Program-made: the position numbers and the translations under genes
Source: Alphaproteobacteria bacterium
Lineage (GTDB): Bacteria > Pseudomonadota > Alphaproteobacteria > UBA8366 > GCA-2717185
Assembly (NCBI GenBank): GCA_028822585.1
Contig: JAPKDL010000001.1
Coordinates: 1,407-65,406, forward strand
Reading direction: 5' to 3'
DNA length: 64,000 nucleotides
Shown here: positions 28,443-38,147 of the stretch, piece by piece
Numbering within the stretch: position 1 is the stretch's first letter
Layout of the letters: every line of letters begins with the position of its first letter
Notes under the pieces: generated by a model
Database searches by the model: none
Seen by the model: only the letters and a program-made list of their open reading frames with translations
Told to the model about the DNA's origin: nothing

Positions 28443-29474
28443 ATGTTTCTGCGTAATTTATGGTATTTTGGGATTCCCAGCGCATCGTTGAAACGTGGTG
28501 CGATGACCCGCAAGATCATGTTGGACGAGCCGTTGCTGATTGCGCGGGATTCAGATGGCGCGCCTTTCGCCATTCGCGATGTATGCCCGCATCGTGGCAT
28601 TCCCCTGTCCGACGGTGCCTTCGACGGCCGCGAGGTCGAATGCTGCTACCATGGATGGCGGTTTGACCGGACCGGCCGATGCACAATGATTCCTTCTTTA
28701 ATGGCCGACCAGAAATTCAATCTGGACCGCGTCCGAACCCGGCAATACCCGTGCCGGGAAATTCAAGGCAATATCTGGATATATTTTGGCAATGACGCAG
28801 ACGACGCGGTAGGCGACGAAAACCCACCACCGAATATTCCTGGTGTCGGTGAACGCGCTCCTGGGTTGAGCGAAACGATGATGTTCCCTTCTCCCATAGA
28901 TCATGCCGTAGTCGGGTTGATGGACCCCGCGCACGGACCTTTCGTGCATCAATCCTGGTGGTGGCGCTCGCAACGCTCCATGCACGAAAAGTCCAAGAAA
29001 TTTGGTCCCTCGCCTCTGGGTTTCACCATGCTGCGGCATCCGCCCTCGTCGAATTCTGGTGCGTATAAATTATTGGGTGGGGCGATGACGACCGAAATCA
29101 GCTTCCGTCTGCCGGGCGTGCGGATTGAACATATTCAGGCGGGGCGCCACGTCTTGTGTGGATTGACCGCCATGACGCCTATCACCGCGCAGGAAACCGA
29201 GGTCAACCATGTGATTTACTGGACGCAACCTTGGCTGGCGCCCATGAAACCATTATTGCGGCCCTTCGTGCGCGCGTTTTTGCGACAGGATCGGGACGTC
29301 GTCATCAAACAGCAGGAAGGCTTGAAATACGAATCCAACCTGATGCTGATCAACGACGCTGATATGCAGGCGAAGTGGTATTATCAGCTCAAACGGGCCT
29401 GGGATAAAGCGCAACAGGACGGCGGTGCCTTCGAAAATCCGGTGGAGACGCGCGAACTGCGATGGCGAAGTTAG
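28443..29474 (+). CDS. Rieske [2Fe-2S] non-heme-iron oxygenase (PaO/ring-hydroxylating oxygenase alpha-like)
   Basis: Rieske motif CPHRGIPLSDG...CCYHGWRF. 343 aa. Confidence 0.85.
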   Translation: MFLRNLWYFGIPSASLKRGAMTRKIMLDEPLLIARDSDGAPFAIRDVCPHRGIPLSDGAFDGREVECCYHGWRFDRTGRCTMIPSLMADQKFNLDRVRTRQYPCREIQGNIWIYFGNDADDAVGDENPPPNIPGVGERAPGLSETMMFPSPIDHAVVGLMDPAHGPFVHQSWWWRSQRSMHEKSKKFGPSPLGFTMLRHPPSSNSGAYKLLGGAMTTEISFRLPGVRIEHIQAGRHVLCGLTAMTPITAQETEVNHVIYWTQPWLAPMKPLLRPFVRAFLRQDRDVVIKQQEGLKYESNLMLINDADMQAKWYYQLKRAWDKAQQDGGAFENPVETRELRWRS

Positions 29475-29725
29475 AGGTGAAGTTAGGTTAAAATTTTAAG
29501 GCACAGCGGTAGAAATTTGAGATTTAAGGCGCGGATTTTACGATGGTTAAAATGCGCTTCATGTCGTGGGTCATGTCCGACATTATTAAGTTTCGCCCGC
29601 TTGAATATCGCGCTATCCATCTTCACGGTTAAGCTACATAAAACGCCGCCAACCGTGGTGTGATGGGTCTGAATCAGGCGTTTAACTTTAGCGAAAGACC
29701 CGGCGGTGATACTGTCTCACATGCC

Positions 29726-30088
29726 CTATGTGTTTCGTTCGAAACTTTCGAACCGACCCGTGATCGACGCCGTAATTTCGCCCAAGCACGTTGTAGTCCC
29801 GCCAATTATCTGTCTAGACGATGCTGTCAGGCACAATCTTGTGCGCCATGACCGGAGACAAAGTTGCCGAAGACGCTTCAGGAATTCACCTGTTCCCTTG
29901 ATCTCGATGGATAATATATCAACGGCTTCGGCGCGCCCCAGAATTGGCACGGCGTTGGCGACCGCGCGCGTGGCTTCCCGGCTACCGTTCCAGCCAACCA
30001 CAACTCGCTTGCCAATAGGTCGGGCGCTCCAGGTCAGATTTTTGTATGGCACCGCCTTTTCACTGGCGAGAATCTCCTTGAGCAGCAC
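29726..30088 (-). pseudogene. Universal stress protein (UspA-family) remnant
   Basis: RVVVGWNGSREATRAVANAVPILGRAEAVDILSI matches the start of a Usp domain. The flanking sequence (29480-30250) has only degenerate, frame-broken similarity and no intact ATP-binding G-x2-G-x9-G-S/T end. Confidence 0.5.
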
Positions 30089-30503
30089 GCTTAACCTGCT
30101 GGATTGGCTCTACATGCCGTTTTGGGCGTGGCTGATCAGCAATGCTGACCGCCGTCGGCATTTCAACAATGTTTGTCGGCTTGGCCATTATGGTTTCACG
30201 GGTAGGCTACGCGACATGGCGCGTCTATGGGGCTGTTTTCCAGAAAATCGCTAAGAGGCGTTGATTTCAAAAGCTTGCCGAATTAGTAAGGGTGCAGTAT
30301 GGACAGGGCGGTGGCCGAACGTCGCTTGATATATGAGTCCTGCGTGCGCGCCGCCCTAGTGGTGCAACCGAAACAGATACCTCCCATTGGTTTCGATCAG
30401 TTGCCCCACCAGAACAATAAAAGGGTGGTCTGATTTATGAAATGCTTGGGATCCAAGCGTCTCGATCAAACCACGAGAAACCAAGAGACCGGAAATTCAG
30501 GCA

Positions 30504-30836
30504 ATGTGCATTAAAACCGCGAAATTTGGCATCGGCCAAATCGTCCAGCACCGGAAACATCCCTTCCGCGGCGTCATCTTCGATGTCGACCCTATCTTTG
30601 ATAATTCGGAAGAATGGTGGACTTCGATACCCGAAGGGAACCGCCCGGCGAAAGACCAACCCTATTACCACCTGTTTGCGGAAAATTCGGAAACCTCCTA
30701 TATCGCTTACGTGTCCGAACAGAATCTGTTGGCAGACGAATCCGGCAAACCGGTGGCTCATCCACAGGTGCGGGATTTCTTTTTCAAAGAAATCGAAGAC
30801 GGCCATTACACAGCACGCAACAACCAAGCCAATTAA
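30504..30836 (+). CDS. hspQ: Heat-shock protein HspQ (YccV hemimethylated-DNA-binding domain)
   Basis: FGIGQIVQHRKHPFRGVIFDVDP...PYYHLFAENSETSYIAYVSEQNL is typical of HspQ. 110 aa. Confidence 0.85.
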   Translation: MCIKTAKFGIGQIVQHRKHPFRGVIFDVDPIFDNSEEWWTSIPEGNRPAKDQPYYHLFAENSETSYIAYVSEQNLLADESGKPVAHPQVRDFFFKEIEDGHYTARNNQAN

Positions 30837-31783
30837 GCGGGCATAATATTTCTGCTGAAACGCGACATGTGGTCCAGGGTCTCGTCCATCGACGCCGCCA
30901 AGAAATTCAACATGAGATGTTCCACGCCTAAATCCTGCAGGGCGTGAACGTCACCCCTGATATTGGCATCGGACCCGGTGAAGATCATCCGGCTGCCGTC
31001 CTGCGCTTTGCAGTGTCCCTGCGCCGCATACCAATTTGCGACATACGCGAAGGCAAAGTTCGAAGGGTCTCGCCCTTGCGCTTCCAGCTCTGATTTCATG
31101 CGCAATTGTGCGGCGGCGTAGGCCTGAATTGTATCCAGCGGATGGCGGGGATTGTTGCCAATCGGGTACCAGCCATCGCCTAGCTTGGCCGCGCGGCGAA
31201 GTGCAATTGGGCTTTCGCCGCCAATCCACAAGGGCGGATGCGGATTCTGCACCGGCTTCGGCAGAAATGTTATATTAGAAAACTGTGAAAATTCGCCATC
31301 GAAAGACGGTTGATCCTGGGTCCATAATTCCTTGAAGATCGATAGATATTCATCGACCACCCGACCTCGCGCGTCGAATGGTGGGGCGCCGATGGCCTCA
31401 AACTCCTCGCGCATCCACCCAACGCCGCATCCTACTGTGACGCGGCCTTTGGACAACACGTCGATGGTGGCCAACATCTTCGCGGTGACCATGGGATTGC
31501 GGTGGGGCACGACCATCACCGACGTCAACAACCGTAATGTCGTTGTGGCGTGCGCTAGAAAGGACAGCAACACCAATTGCTCCATCGCTTCGCCCATGGG
31601 CGCGCCGGGCCAGTCGCCCGCCTGAGAATAGGGGTAGCGTGAGTTGATATCGCTCGGCACGACAATGTGGTCGTTGACATAGACATAGTCGTAGCCAAGC
31701 GCTTCGCCATGCGCCGCGACCTTGCAAATGCCGTCGGACGTCGCCAAGGGTCCTCGCGTCGGTACACCAAATCCAAAATCCAT
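30833..31783 (-). CDS. LLM-class (F420/flavin-dependent) oxidoreductase
   Basis: MDFGFGVPTRGPLA... N-terminus and TIM-barrel LLM pattern. ATG 31783 follows GAGGGGGA. The 3' end overlaps the hspQ 3' end by 4 nt. Confidence 0.8.
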   Translation of the reverse strand: MDFGFGVPTRGPLATSDGICKVAAHGEALGYDYVYVNDHIVVPSDINSRYPYSQAGDWPGAPMGEAMEQLVLLSFLAHATTTLRLLTSVMVVPHRNPMVTAKMLATIDVLSKGRVTVGCGVGWMREEFEAIGAPPFDARGRVVDEYLSIFKELWTQDQPSFDGEFSQFSNITFLPKPVQNPHPPLWIGGESPIALRRAAKLGDGWYPIGNNPRHPLDTIQAYAAAQLRMKSELEAQGRDPSNFAFAYVANWYAAQGHCKAQDGSRMIFTGSDANIRGDVHALQDLGVEHLMLNFLAASMDETLDHMSRFSRNIMPA

Positions 31784-31843
31784 CGCCGTTCCCCCTCTCA
31801 TCACCTATATTGATCTTATCCCGTCTTTAAAGGAATATACGCG

Positions 31844-32317
31844 ATGATCAAAGGACTTCATCACAATGCCTATCGGTGCCGTGATTCGGAAGAAACCCGG
31901 CAATTCTATGAAGGCTTTCTCGGCCTGCCCCTCGCCCACGCCTTCGCTATCGGGGAAACCATGACCGGCGACAAAGCGAATGTCCTGCATAGTTTTTACG
32001 AAATGAACGATGGGTCGTCCCTCGCCTTCTTCGAAGCCCCCGACCGCCCTTTCAATTTCACAAAACAACATGATTTTGATCTGCATATAGCGTTGGAGGT
32101 CACGATGAATGTGCTGCACGACATGTTCGAGCGTGGCAAAGCCGCCGACATTGAGACCCGAGGCATCGTCGACCATGGCTTTATTCACTCTATATATTTT
32201 CGAGACCCAAATGGTTACGTCATTGAATTAGCCGCGAAGATTGGCACCGCTTCAGACGCAATAACCCCGGCGAAGGCGCGAATTGCGTTAGATCACTGGC
32301 AAACGGCGAAAGTGTAG
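31844..32317 (+). CDS. VOC-family protein (glyoxalase/extradiol dioxygenase fold)
   Basis: MIKGLHHNAYRCRDSEETRQFYEGFLGL... and the repeated beta-alpha-beta-beta-beta module pattern. 157 aa. Confidence 0.8.
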   Translation: MIKGLHHNAYRCRDSEETRQFYEGFLGLPLAHAFAIGETMTGDKANVLHSFYEMNDGSSLAFFEAPDRPFNFTKQHDFDLHIALEVTMNVLHDMFERGKAADIETRGIVDHGFIHSIYFRDPNGYVIELAAKIGTASDAITPAKARIALDHWQTAKV

Positions 32318-32330
32318 ACGGGCGATTTTA

Positions 32331-32714
32331 ATGGATGATTTAATCACCACGCGCGCGACCCATGTTGTTGCGATTGTCGTGCGGATTGGTGGGTTGGCGC
32401 TGGAAAGCATGGTCATCCTGCCCATCGCCGCCAACTCTGATGCGTCGCCCTACCTGTTTAAGAAAACCGAACAATTTTCGCGCCCTTGCGCGTATCGCGG
32501 TTTTGGTGTCGGGCGCCTCCGGATTTTATATGATTCACGCGCTCGACGCCTGGTCCGAACGCCGGGTGTCGGAAGAGTCAGCGGCGACAATGTCGCTCAT
32601 CCAACGATTGCCTTGGATTTTGCTCGCCGCCAGTCTGATAACGGTGTTTGGCGCGGTCGCCGATTCGCACGGGCAGAGGTTAGGCCCGGAAATACGTTTT
32701 CAAGACATCGTTGA
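32331..32714 (+). pseudogene. Possible frameshifted small membrane protein (CopD/DUF-like)
   Basis: TM-like THVVAIVVRIGGLALESMVILP is in the 32331 frame. It continues as ALARIAVLVSGASGFYMIHAL...PWILLAASLITVFGAV in the 32362 frame. The switch is near a T4 run at about 32475. No clean stop occurs before it runs antisense into the VWA gene. Confidence 0.3.
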
Positions 32715-34062
32715 TGATGCGGTCCAAATCCTTGACTGTGCTGCAATGTTGCGCGACGTGGCAAAACGCTTTGTAGCGCGGCATTTCGGAATCGCCCGTG
32801 CCCCAGAATGTTTCCGGCTCCGGGTTTAACCAGATCACCGATTTTGCCCGATCATGGATAACCCGCATGAGATCAGTGCGGGGGTCGGTATTGTTCGACC
32901 GTCCATCGCCCAGAATAATTACCGTGGTTCGCCGATCAACAGCGTCCAGGTGGTTTTGCGTAAAGTCTTCCAGTGATTTGCCGTAATCTGTGGGGCGGAA
33001 ACCCACCTTTTCAATAATTTCCGGGATGCCCTGTTCGACTTCCTTGTTTTCCAGAATGTCGCTGATTTCAATCAGATTGCCTGAAAAGGCATAGGCGCTC
33101 AGCGTCGAAATGACCTCGTTAAGCGAGTAGAGAAACAGCAGCAGAAACCGCGCAGACGCCGCCACCGACCCGGACACATCGCAGATAGCGACAATTTTCG
33201 GTCGGTCGATCTTGGTTTGCTTCCACACGGTTTCAAATGGAATTGCGTCGTGCGCCATGTTTCGGCGAAGCGTACGGCGGACATCGAGGACGCCGCGTTT
33301 GGTGTGTTTGCGCCGTTTAGCGTATTTGGTGGCGAGCTGTTTCGCCATACGGCGTACAATATTGTGCATCCGCTTGGCGTCGCGTGGGTCGATGGCGCCT
33401 AGTCGCGTTTCCAACAGGAATTCTTCGCGCAATTGTTCCCCGGCGTTCCGCGCATAGAGCTCGAACTGCCGGTTGATGTATTGCCGGGCTTCTTCGAACA
33501 GGTATTTGCGCCCTTGCTCCAGCCGACCGGCCATTTCGGCGGCGCCGTCTTCTTCGGACCGTTTCAATTGTAGGATCAACATTTCCAGATCGCGCAGTCC
33601 CATTTTGTCGAGGATGCGCCGGGTGAACAGGCCACGTTGGGTGCCGAATCGAATATTGGCGACATTAGCTTCGTTGGCGGCGCGTTCCATCGCTTGCGCC
33701 ATATCGCTGGCTGATCCATCTAGAACCAGTTGCGCCAATTCCTTGTCGCCGATGAGGGCCTGGTCACTTTCCGAAAGGTCACTTTCGCCGGGCCCCGCGC
33801 CATTTGGGCCGCCTTCAGCGCTTTCATTATTGCGGCGATCCTGGAATTCTTCGCGGGTGAAGAACATGTCGAAACATTCTTCGAACGATCCGACCTCCTC
33901 CTCGGACTTGGCCAAGGCAATACAAAGCGCGTCTTTCAGAAATTGACGGTCGCGATACCCCACCATGTCGACGGTTTCATGCGCGTCGATGGCTTCGGCT
34001 GGGGAAATCCGTACATCCATTGCCCGTAAGGCCCGGAAGAAGTTTGCCAACGTTTGTTGCAT
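32680..34062 (-). CDS. VWA-domain protein, CoxE-like
   Basis: N-terminus FFRALRAMDVRISPAEAIDAHETV and a C-terminal VWA with MIDAS-like CDVSGSV are typical of CoxE-type partners of MoxR ATPases. Confidence 0.8.
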   Translation of the reverse strand: MQQTLANFFRALRAMDVRISPAEAIDAHETVDMVGYRDRQFLKDALCIALAKSEEEVGSFEECFDMFFTREEFQDRRNNESAEGGPNGAGPGESDLSESDQALIGDKELAQLVLDGSASDMAQAMERAANEANVANIRFGTQRGLFTRRILDKMGLRDLEMLILQLKRSEEDGAAEMAGRLEQGRKYLFEEARQYINRQFELYARNAGEQLREEFLLETRLGAIDPRDAKRMHNIVRRMAKQLATKYAKRRKHTKRGVLDVRRTLRRNMAHDAIPFETVWKQTKIDRPKIVAICDVSGSVAASARFLLLFLYSLNEVISTLSAYAFSGNLIEISDILENKEVEQGIPEIIEKVGFRPTDYGKSLEDFTQNHLDAVDRRTTVIILGDGRSNNTDPRTDLMRVIHDRAKSVIWLNPEPETFWGTGDSEMPRYKAFCHVAQHCSTVKDLDRIINDVLKTYFRA

Positions 34063-34086
34063 AACGCCTGTCCCGCGGTCGTCGCT

Positions 34087-35043
34087 TTAAACCTGGTTCG
34101 CCTTGCGGGTCAATTCTGCAATCTCTTTTCCCGCAGATTCAATATCTTGTTCGAACTTCAACAGAACATTCAATGTTTCCCGAACCATATCGATTTCCAA
34201 CGAATCCGCATGGAGCAACAACAACACGCGTGCCCAGTCGATGGTTTCGGAAATCGAAGGCAGTTTCTTCAGGTCGATTCCCCGCAAGGCCTGGACAAAG
34301 GCGACCAGCTGATGGCGCAAGCGCTCCTCGATGTCTGGCACACGGGACGCCACGATGCGCCGTTCCAGTTTTTCATCGGGCAACGGAATAAACAGATGTA
34401 GACAGCGCCGTTTCAAGGCGTCGCCCATTTCACGCATATTATTCGACGTTAAAAACACCAAAGGCGGTTTTTCAGATTTGATTGTGCCTATTTCCGGGAT
34501 GGTGACCTGGAATTCCGAAAGGATTTCCAGCAGGAACGCCTCAAATTCTTCGTCCGACTTGTCGACCTCATCAATCAGCAACACCGCGCCGTGTTCCTGG
34601 CGCAGCGCTTTTAACAAGGGGCGGGGTTCCAAAAACTGTTCGGAATAGAACATGTCGCCAAAGCCCTCTAGGCTGACCATGGCTTCATCCAACGTCTTGG
34701 TGTCGGACAAGATGTCGCCCATCTTGTCTTTCAGAATTTGTGTGTACAGAAGCTGCTTGCCGTATTTCCATTCGTACAGCGCCTTGGATTCATCCAGCCC
34801 CTCGTAGCACTGCATGCGGATCAACGGCAGACCCAACCAATTGGCCGTCGACAGCGCCAACTCTGTCTTGCCAACCCCGGCGGAGCCTTCAACAAGAATT
34901 GGCTTGGTGAGGTTTTTGGCCACAAAGAGCGCGGTGGCGATGCGACGCGACGCGATGTAACCGACATCGCCCAGACCATCTATGATGCTCTCAATGGAGG
35001 AAAGTTTTTCGTCAACGCCGTTGGGCGGAACTATGTTGTTCAT
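34087..35043 (-). CDS. MoxR-family AAA+ ATPase (CoxD-like)
   Basis: Walker A VEGSAGVGKTELA, Walker B VLLIDEVDK. 318 aa, located 24 nt upstream of the VWA gene. Confidence 0.85.
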   Translation of the reverse strand: MNNIVPPNGVDEKLSSIESIIDGLGDVGYIASRRIATALFVAKNLTKPILVEGSAGVGKTELALSTANWLGLPLIRMQCYEGLDESKALYEWKYGKQLLYTQILKDKMGDILSDTKTLDEAMVSLEGFGDMFYSEQFLEPRPLLKALRQEHGAVLLIDEVDKSDEEFEAFLLEILSEFQVTIPEIGTIKSEKPPLVFLTSNNMREMGDALKRRCLHLFIPLPDEKLERRIVASRVPDIEERLRHQLVAFVQALRGIDLKKLPSISETIDWARVLLLLHADSLEIDMVRETLNVLLKFEQDIESAGKEIAELTRKANQV

Positions 35044-35082
35044 GGAATGACTGCTTTCGTTTATTTTTTGTTCACAAAAGGG

Positions 35083-36303
35083 TTAGGTGTCCATTAAGGC
35101 TGCCGCCCGTCGGCGCGCCTGAATAACATGGGCGGACCGGGCAATACCAAGAGTCTTTTCAAGGTCGCGACGTTCCGCCGCAAGTCCGGTGGACGCCACC
35201 AGCCCGCTTTTATCGATGAGCGCGCCAATCCGACCTTGTTGAAGGCGCGACCAATCGCGCGCGGCGGCGGCAATATTGGAAATTTCATCCGCATCCGAAT
35301 CGGTGCCATGATCATGTTCGAGGTCGAGCAATTCGGCGGCATGTTGCGCCATCGCCGAAAGCCCAACAGGGGCTGCGGCAAGCCAGCCGAGTTCCGCCAT
35401 ATCGTCGTCATCCAAGACGCCGCGGCCAAGTTCTTTGGCGAATTGCGCCAATTCATGATGCAGCGCCCCGGCAGTGGACGCGGCCGCGAGTGCATCTTCG
35501 ACCCGGCGCATTGGCAGTGATATCGCTGGAAAGGCGTCGCCTTCCGGGCCCAGCATGTTTGCAGCCGACACCCGGACATTGGTCAGCTTCAACCCGCAAT
35601 GGGGTGCTGGATGCAGAAAGTCTATTTTCACACCTTCAGTCAATTCCAACCCCGGCGCATCGCGCGGCACCATCAAAACTGAAAACTGTTTGCGGCCGTT
35701 TTCCTCACCGGTAATCGCCAGAATTAGAAACAAATCCGCAATAGGACCGTTGGTGAGATACGCTTTTTCACCATTGATAATGTAGTCGTCACCATCGCGC
35801 GTGGCCGTTGTCTTCAAATGTTTCGGGTGGGCACCCGCGCCCGGTTCTGAAATCGCGACACATGGGGTCATTTCGCCCAAGGCCAGCTTCGGCAGAAATT
35901 CAGCGCGCTGGCTATCATTACATAGACGCAGAATTTGCAGCCGCGCGACGATCTCACGGCTCATCCAACTGGTCACTACCCCTTTAACGCCGCCGGTCGC
36001 GGCCAACGCTTCTGCGACCATGACGATGGCCCTGTAATCGCCGCCATGGCCGCCATGTTCTTTCGGCAGGCCAATTCCGGTAAGTCCGGCGGCGCCGAAG
36101 CCCTGCCATAAGTCATCGGGGATAATATCATGATCACGCAAATCCGTACGCGGCGCGATGTGCGCACGCGCAAAGTCTTCCATCCGCATCGCCAAGGTGC
36201 GCCGAAGCGTCTGTTGTTTGGAGGCGTATATAGGGTCGCCATTTTTCATGCGGCGCATCATATACAGACAAAATAGGAAAAACGAGGCCTTAGGTCCGGA
36301 CAT
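35083..36303 (-). CDS. Acyl-CoA dehydrogenase family protein
   Basis: Three-domain ACAD pattern (...CVAISEPGAGAHP..., YLTNGPIADLFL...). The start codon is uncertain; there are several in-frame ATGs between 36303 and 36190. Confidence 0.8.
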   Translation of the reverse strand: MSGPKASFFLFCLYMMRRMKNGDPIYASKQQTLRRTLAMRMEDFARAHIAPRTDLRDHDIIPDDLWQGFGAAGLTGIGLPKEHGGHGGDYRAIVMVAEALAATGGVKGVVTSWMSREIVARLQILRLCNDSQRAEFLPKLALGEMTPCVAISEPGAGAHPKHLKTTATRDGDDYIINGEKAYLTNGPIADLFLILAITGEENGRKQFSVLMVPRDAPGLELTEGVKIDFLHPAPHCGLKLTNVRVSAANMLGPEGDAFPAISLPMRRVEDALAAASTAGALHHELAQFAKELGRGVLDDDDMAELGWLAAAPVGLSAMAQHAAELLDLEHDHGTDSDADEISNIAAAARDWSRLQQGRIGALIDKSGLVASTGLAAERRDLEKTLGIARSAHVIQARRRAAALMDT

Positions 36304-36347
36304 TTTCGCCGCACCCTTAACCTCGCTTTCAAGTATCGTTTTCCCAG

Positions 36348-36674
36348 TTACTTAACGGATGAAAACGATGTTGGCTGAAGAATGCTGTTGGTGATTGTCG
36401 AGACGATTGGCCCGTCTTTTTCTGTTTCCGCCCGTTTTGTTTGCCATTCCGGATCGCTTTGGAAAGCGGCGAATTTTTCTTCTCGTTCGGCCAGCGATTC
36501 CCAAGCCAGCATGTAGTGCAGGTCCTGATTGTTTTCGCCCACCACAGTTGTCCAGAATCCGGCCTGGCGAATTCCGTGTTTTTCCCACAGTTTCAGCGTG
36601 ATGGTGTCAAAGCGTTCCAACAAATCTGGTAACCGGCCCGACACACAATGATAGACGCGCAGTTCATACAACAT
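36348..36674 (-). CDS. NIPSNAP-family protein
   Basis: MLYELRVYHCVSGRLPDLLERFDTITLKLWEKHGIRQAGFWT is the NIPSNAP signature. ATG 36674 lies 7 nt after GGAGG. Confidence 0.8.
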   Translation of the reverse strand: MLYELRVYHCVSGRLPDLLERFDTITLKLWEKHGIRQAGFWTTVVGENNQDLHYMLAWESLAEREEKFAAFQSDPEWQTKRAETEKDGPIVSTITNSILQPTSFSSVK

Positions 36675-36854
36675 GATGGTTCCTCCCATATGTAAAATTC
36701 AGCCCCTCTCTTTTACGTCGAATTTAGTGCCATGAACATATATTCCACACCAAGCGTTTCTTGATATACGGCTTTCGATTGGGTCATTATAGCGTTTATC
36801 TAACCCCAAACTCCTGTGACGTTTCACCTTCCCCATAATACATTGGGTTAATCC

Positions 36855-38096
36855 ATGATGCGGCTTTCGCCGAATGCCTTTGTCATTGTCATGTTTATCG
36901 GGCAGCTTTCCGCGACCTGGGGACTGTCCTCATTGCCAACTGTTTTGGAGGACGTTCAAACCGCTTGGTCGCTGACTAATACGCAGGCGGGGTTCTTGAA
37001 TGGCGTCTTCTTTTTCGGGTTTGCGGCGACGACGCCCTTTCTGACGGGGTTAACCGACCGGGTCGACCCGAAACGTATTTATCTGTGGTCGATGCTGTTG
37101 TGTGGCTTGGCGCAAATTGGGTTTGCGTATTTGGCGGACGATTTTATCAGTGGGAATGTCTGGCGTTTTTTGTATGGCGTCGGATTTGCGGGCACCTATA
37201 TGCCGGGTTTGAAAGCGGTGAGTGACGCCGTTCCTGCCAAAATGCAAAGTCGCGCGGTGGCGACCTTCACCGCCTCAATGCCCACGGGCACGGGACTATC
37301 TTTCTTCCTGTCCGGCGCGTTGGCGCAGTATTTTGTGTGGCAGGACGCCATTGCGCTTTTGGCGACCGGCACCTTGGTCGCGATGGCGGTTGTCCTCCTA
37401 TTTTTGCCGACAGAAGCTAAAATCAACGGCGGCGAAACAGGCGTCGGCGCAGGGGCCTTCCTGCCCAACGTCAAACCCGCCTTCACGAACCGTCGCAGCC
37501 TGGGCCATATTGTGGCTTATTTCGCCCATCAGATGGAAACTTCCACAACGCGGGCGTTTGCGGTGGTGTTTTTAATCTTCGCGATGCACGTGGCTCCAAG
37601 TACTGGCGTGGAGGTCGGAATTTTTGACTGGAACCCCGCTAGCGTCGTCGGCCTCGCAACTATATTAGGGCTGCCCGTAATTTTACTCGCGGATCACCTG
37701 ACGAATTTTATCGAACGCAATCTGTTAATTCCAATCGTGATGATGTCCGGCGCCGTCTTGGGCATTGTATTGGCGGTTTCGCTGGGCGCACCGTATATCG
37801 TGGTTTCAATCGTGATGGTGGTGTACGGCGTCGCGGCGTCGGCGGATGGCGGGTTGTTAAACGCCGGATTGGTGGCGTCGGCGGACCCGCAAAATCGAGG
37901 TGGCGTCATGGCGGCGTATTCAGCCATTGGGTTTACGGGCGCGTTGCTGGGTCCGGTAATTTTTGGCGTGGCGTTGGATTGGAGTGGCGGTCAGACCAGT
38001 TCTACGGCTTGGCTTACTGGGTTCACCGCCGTTGGCGTGATCATTACATTATGCGCCATCGTGTCCCGAATTTTAATACGGCAAAACAATCCTTGA
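36855..38096 (+). CDS. MFS transporter
   Basis: 413 aa with about 12 predicted TM helices and an MFS-like loop motif (LTDRVDPKRIY). Confidence 0.8.
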   Translation: MMRLSPNAFVIVMFIGQLSATWGLSSLPTVLEDVQTAWSLTNTQAGFLNGVFFFGFAATTPFLTGLTDRVDPKRIYLWSMLLCGLAQIGFAYLADDFISGNVWRFLYGVGFAGTYMPGLKAVSDAVPAKMQSRAVATFTASMPTGTGLSFFLSGALAQYFVWQDAIALLATGTLVAMAVVLLFLPTEAKINGGETGVGAGAFLPNVKPAFTNRRSLGHIVAYFAHQMETSTTRAFAVVFLIFAMHVAPSTGVEVGIFDWNPASVVGLATILGLPVILLADHLTNFIERNLLIPIVMMSGAVLGIVLAVSLGAPYIVVSIVMVVYGVAASADGGLLNAGLVASADPQNRGGVMAAYSAIGFTGALLGPVIFGVALDWSGGQTSSTAWLTGFTAVGVIITLCAIVSRILIRQNNP

Positions 38097-38147
38097 GACC
38101 ACAACGGCAATCACGCAAATTCAGGCACACCAGTTAAGGATGTTTCC

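Noticed and set aside
32680-35043. MoxR AAA+ ATPase plus VWA protein pair as a candidate novel or defence system.
   Set aside because: The sequences match the widespread CoxD/CoxE-like chaperone pair (Walker motifs, CoxE-type N-terminus, MIDAS). There are no nuclease, sensor or effector genes nearby. It is treated as ordinary.
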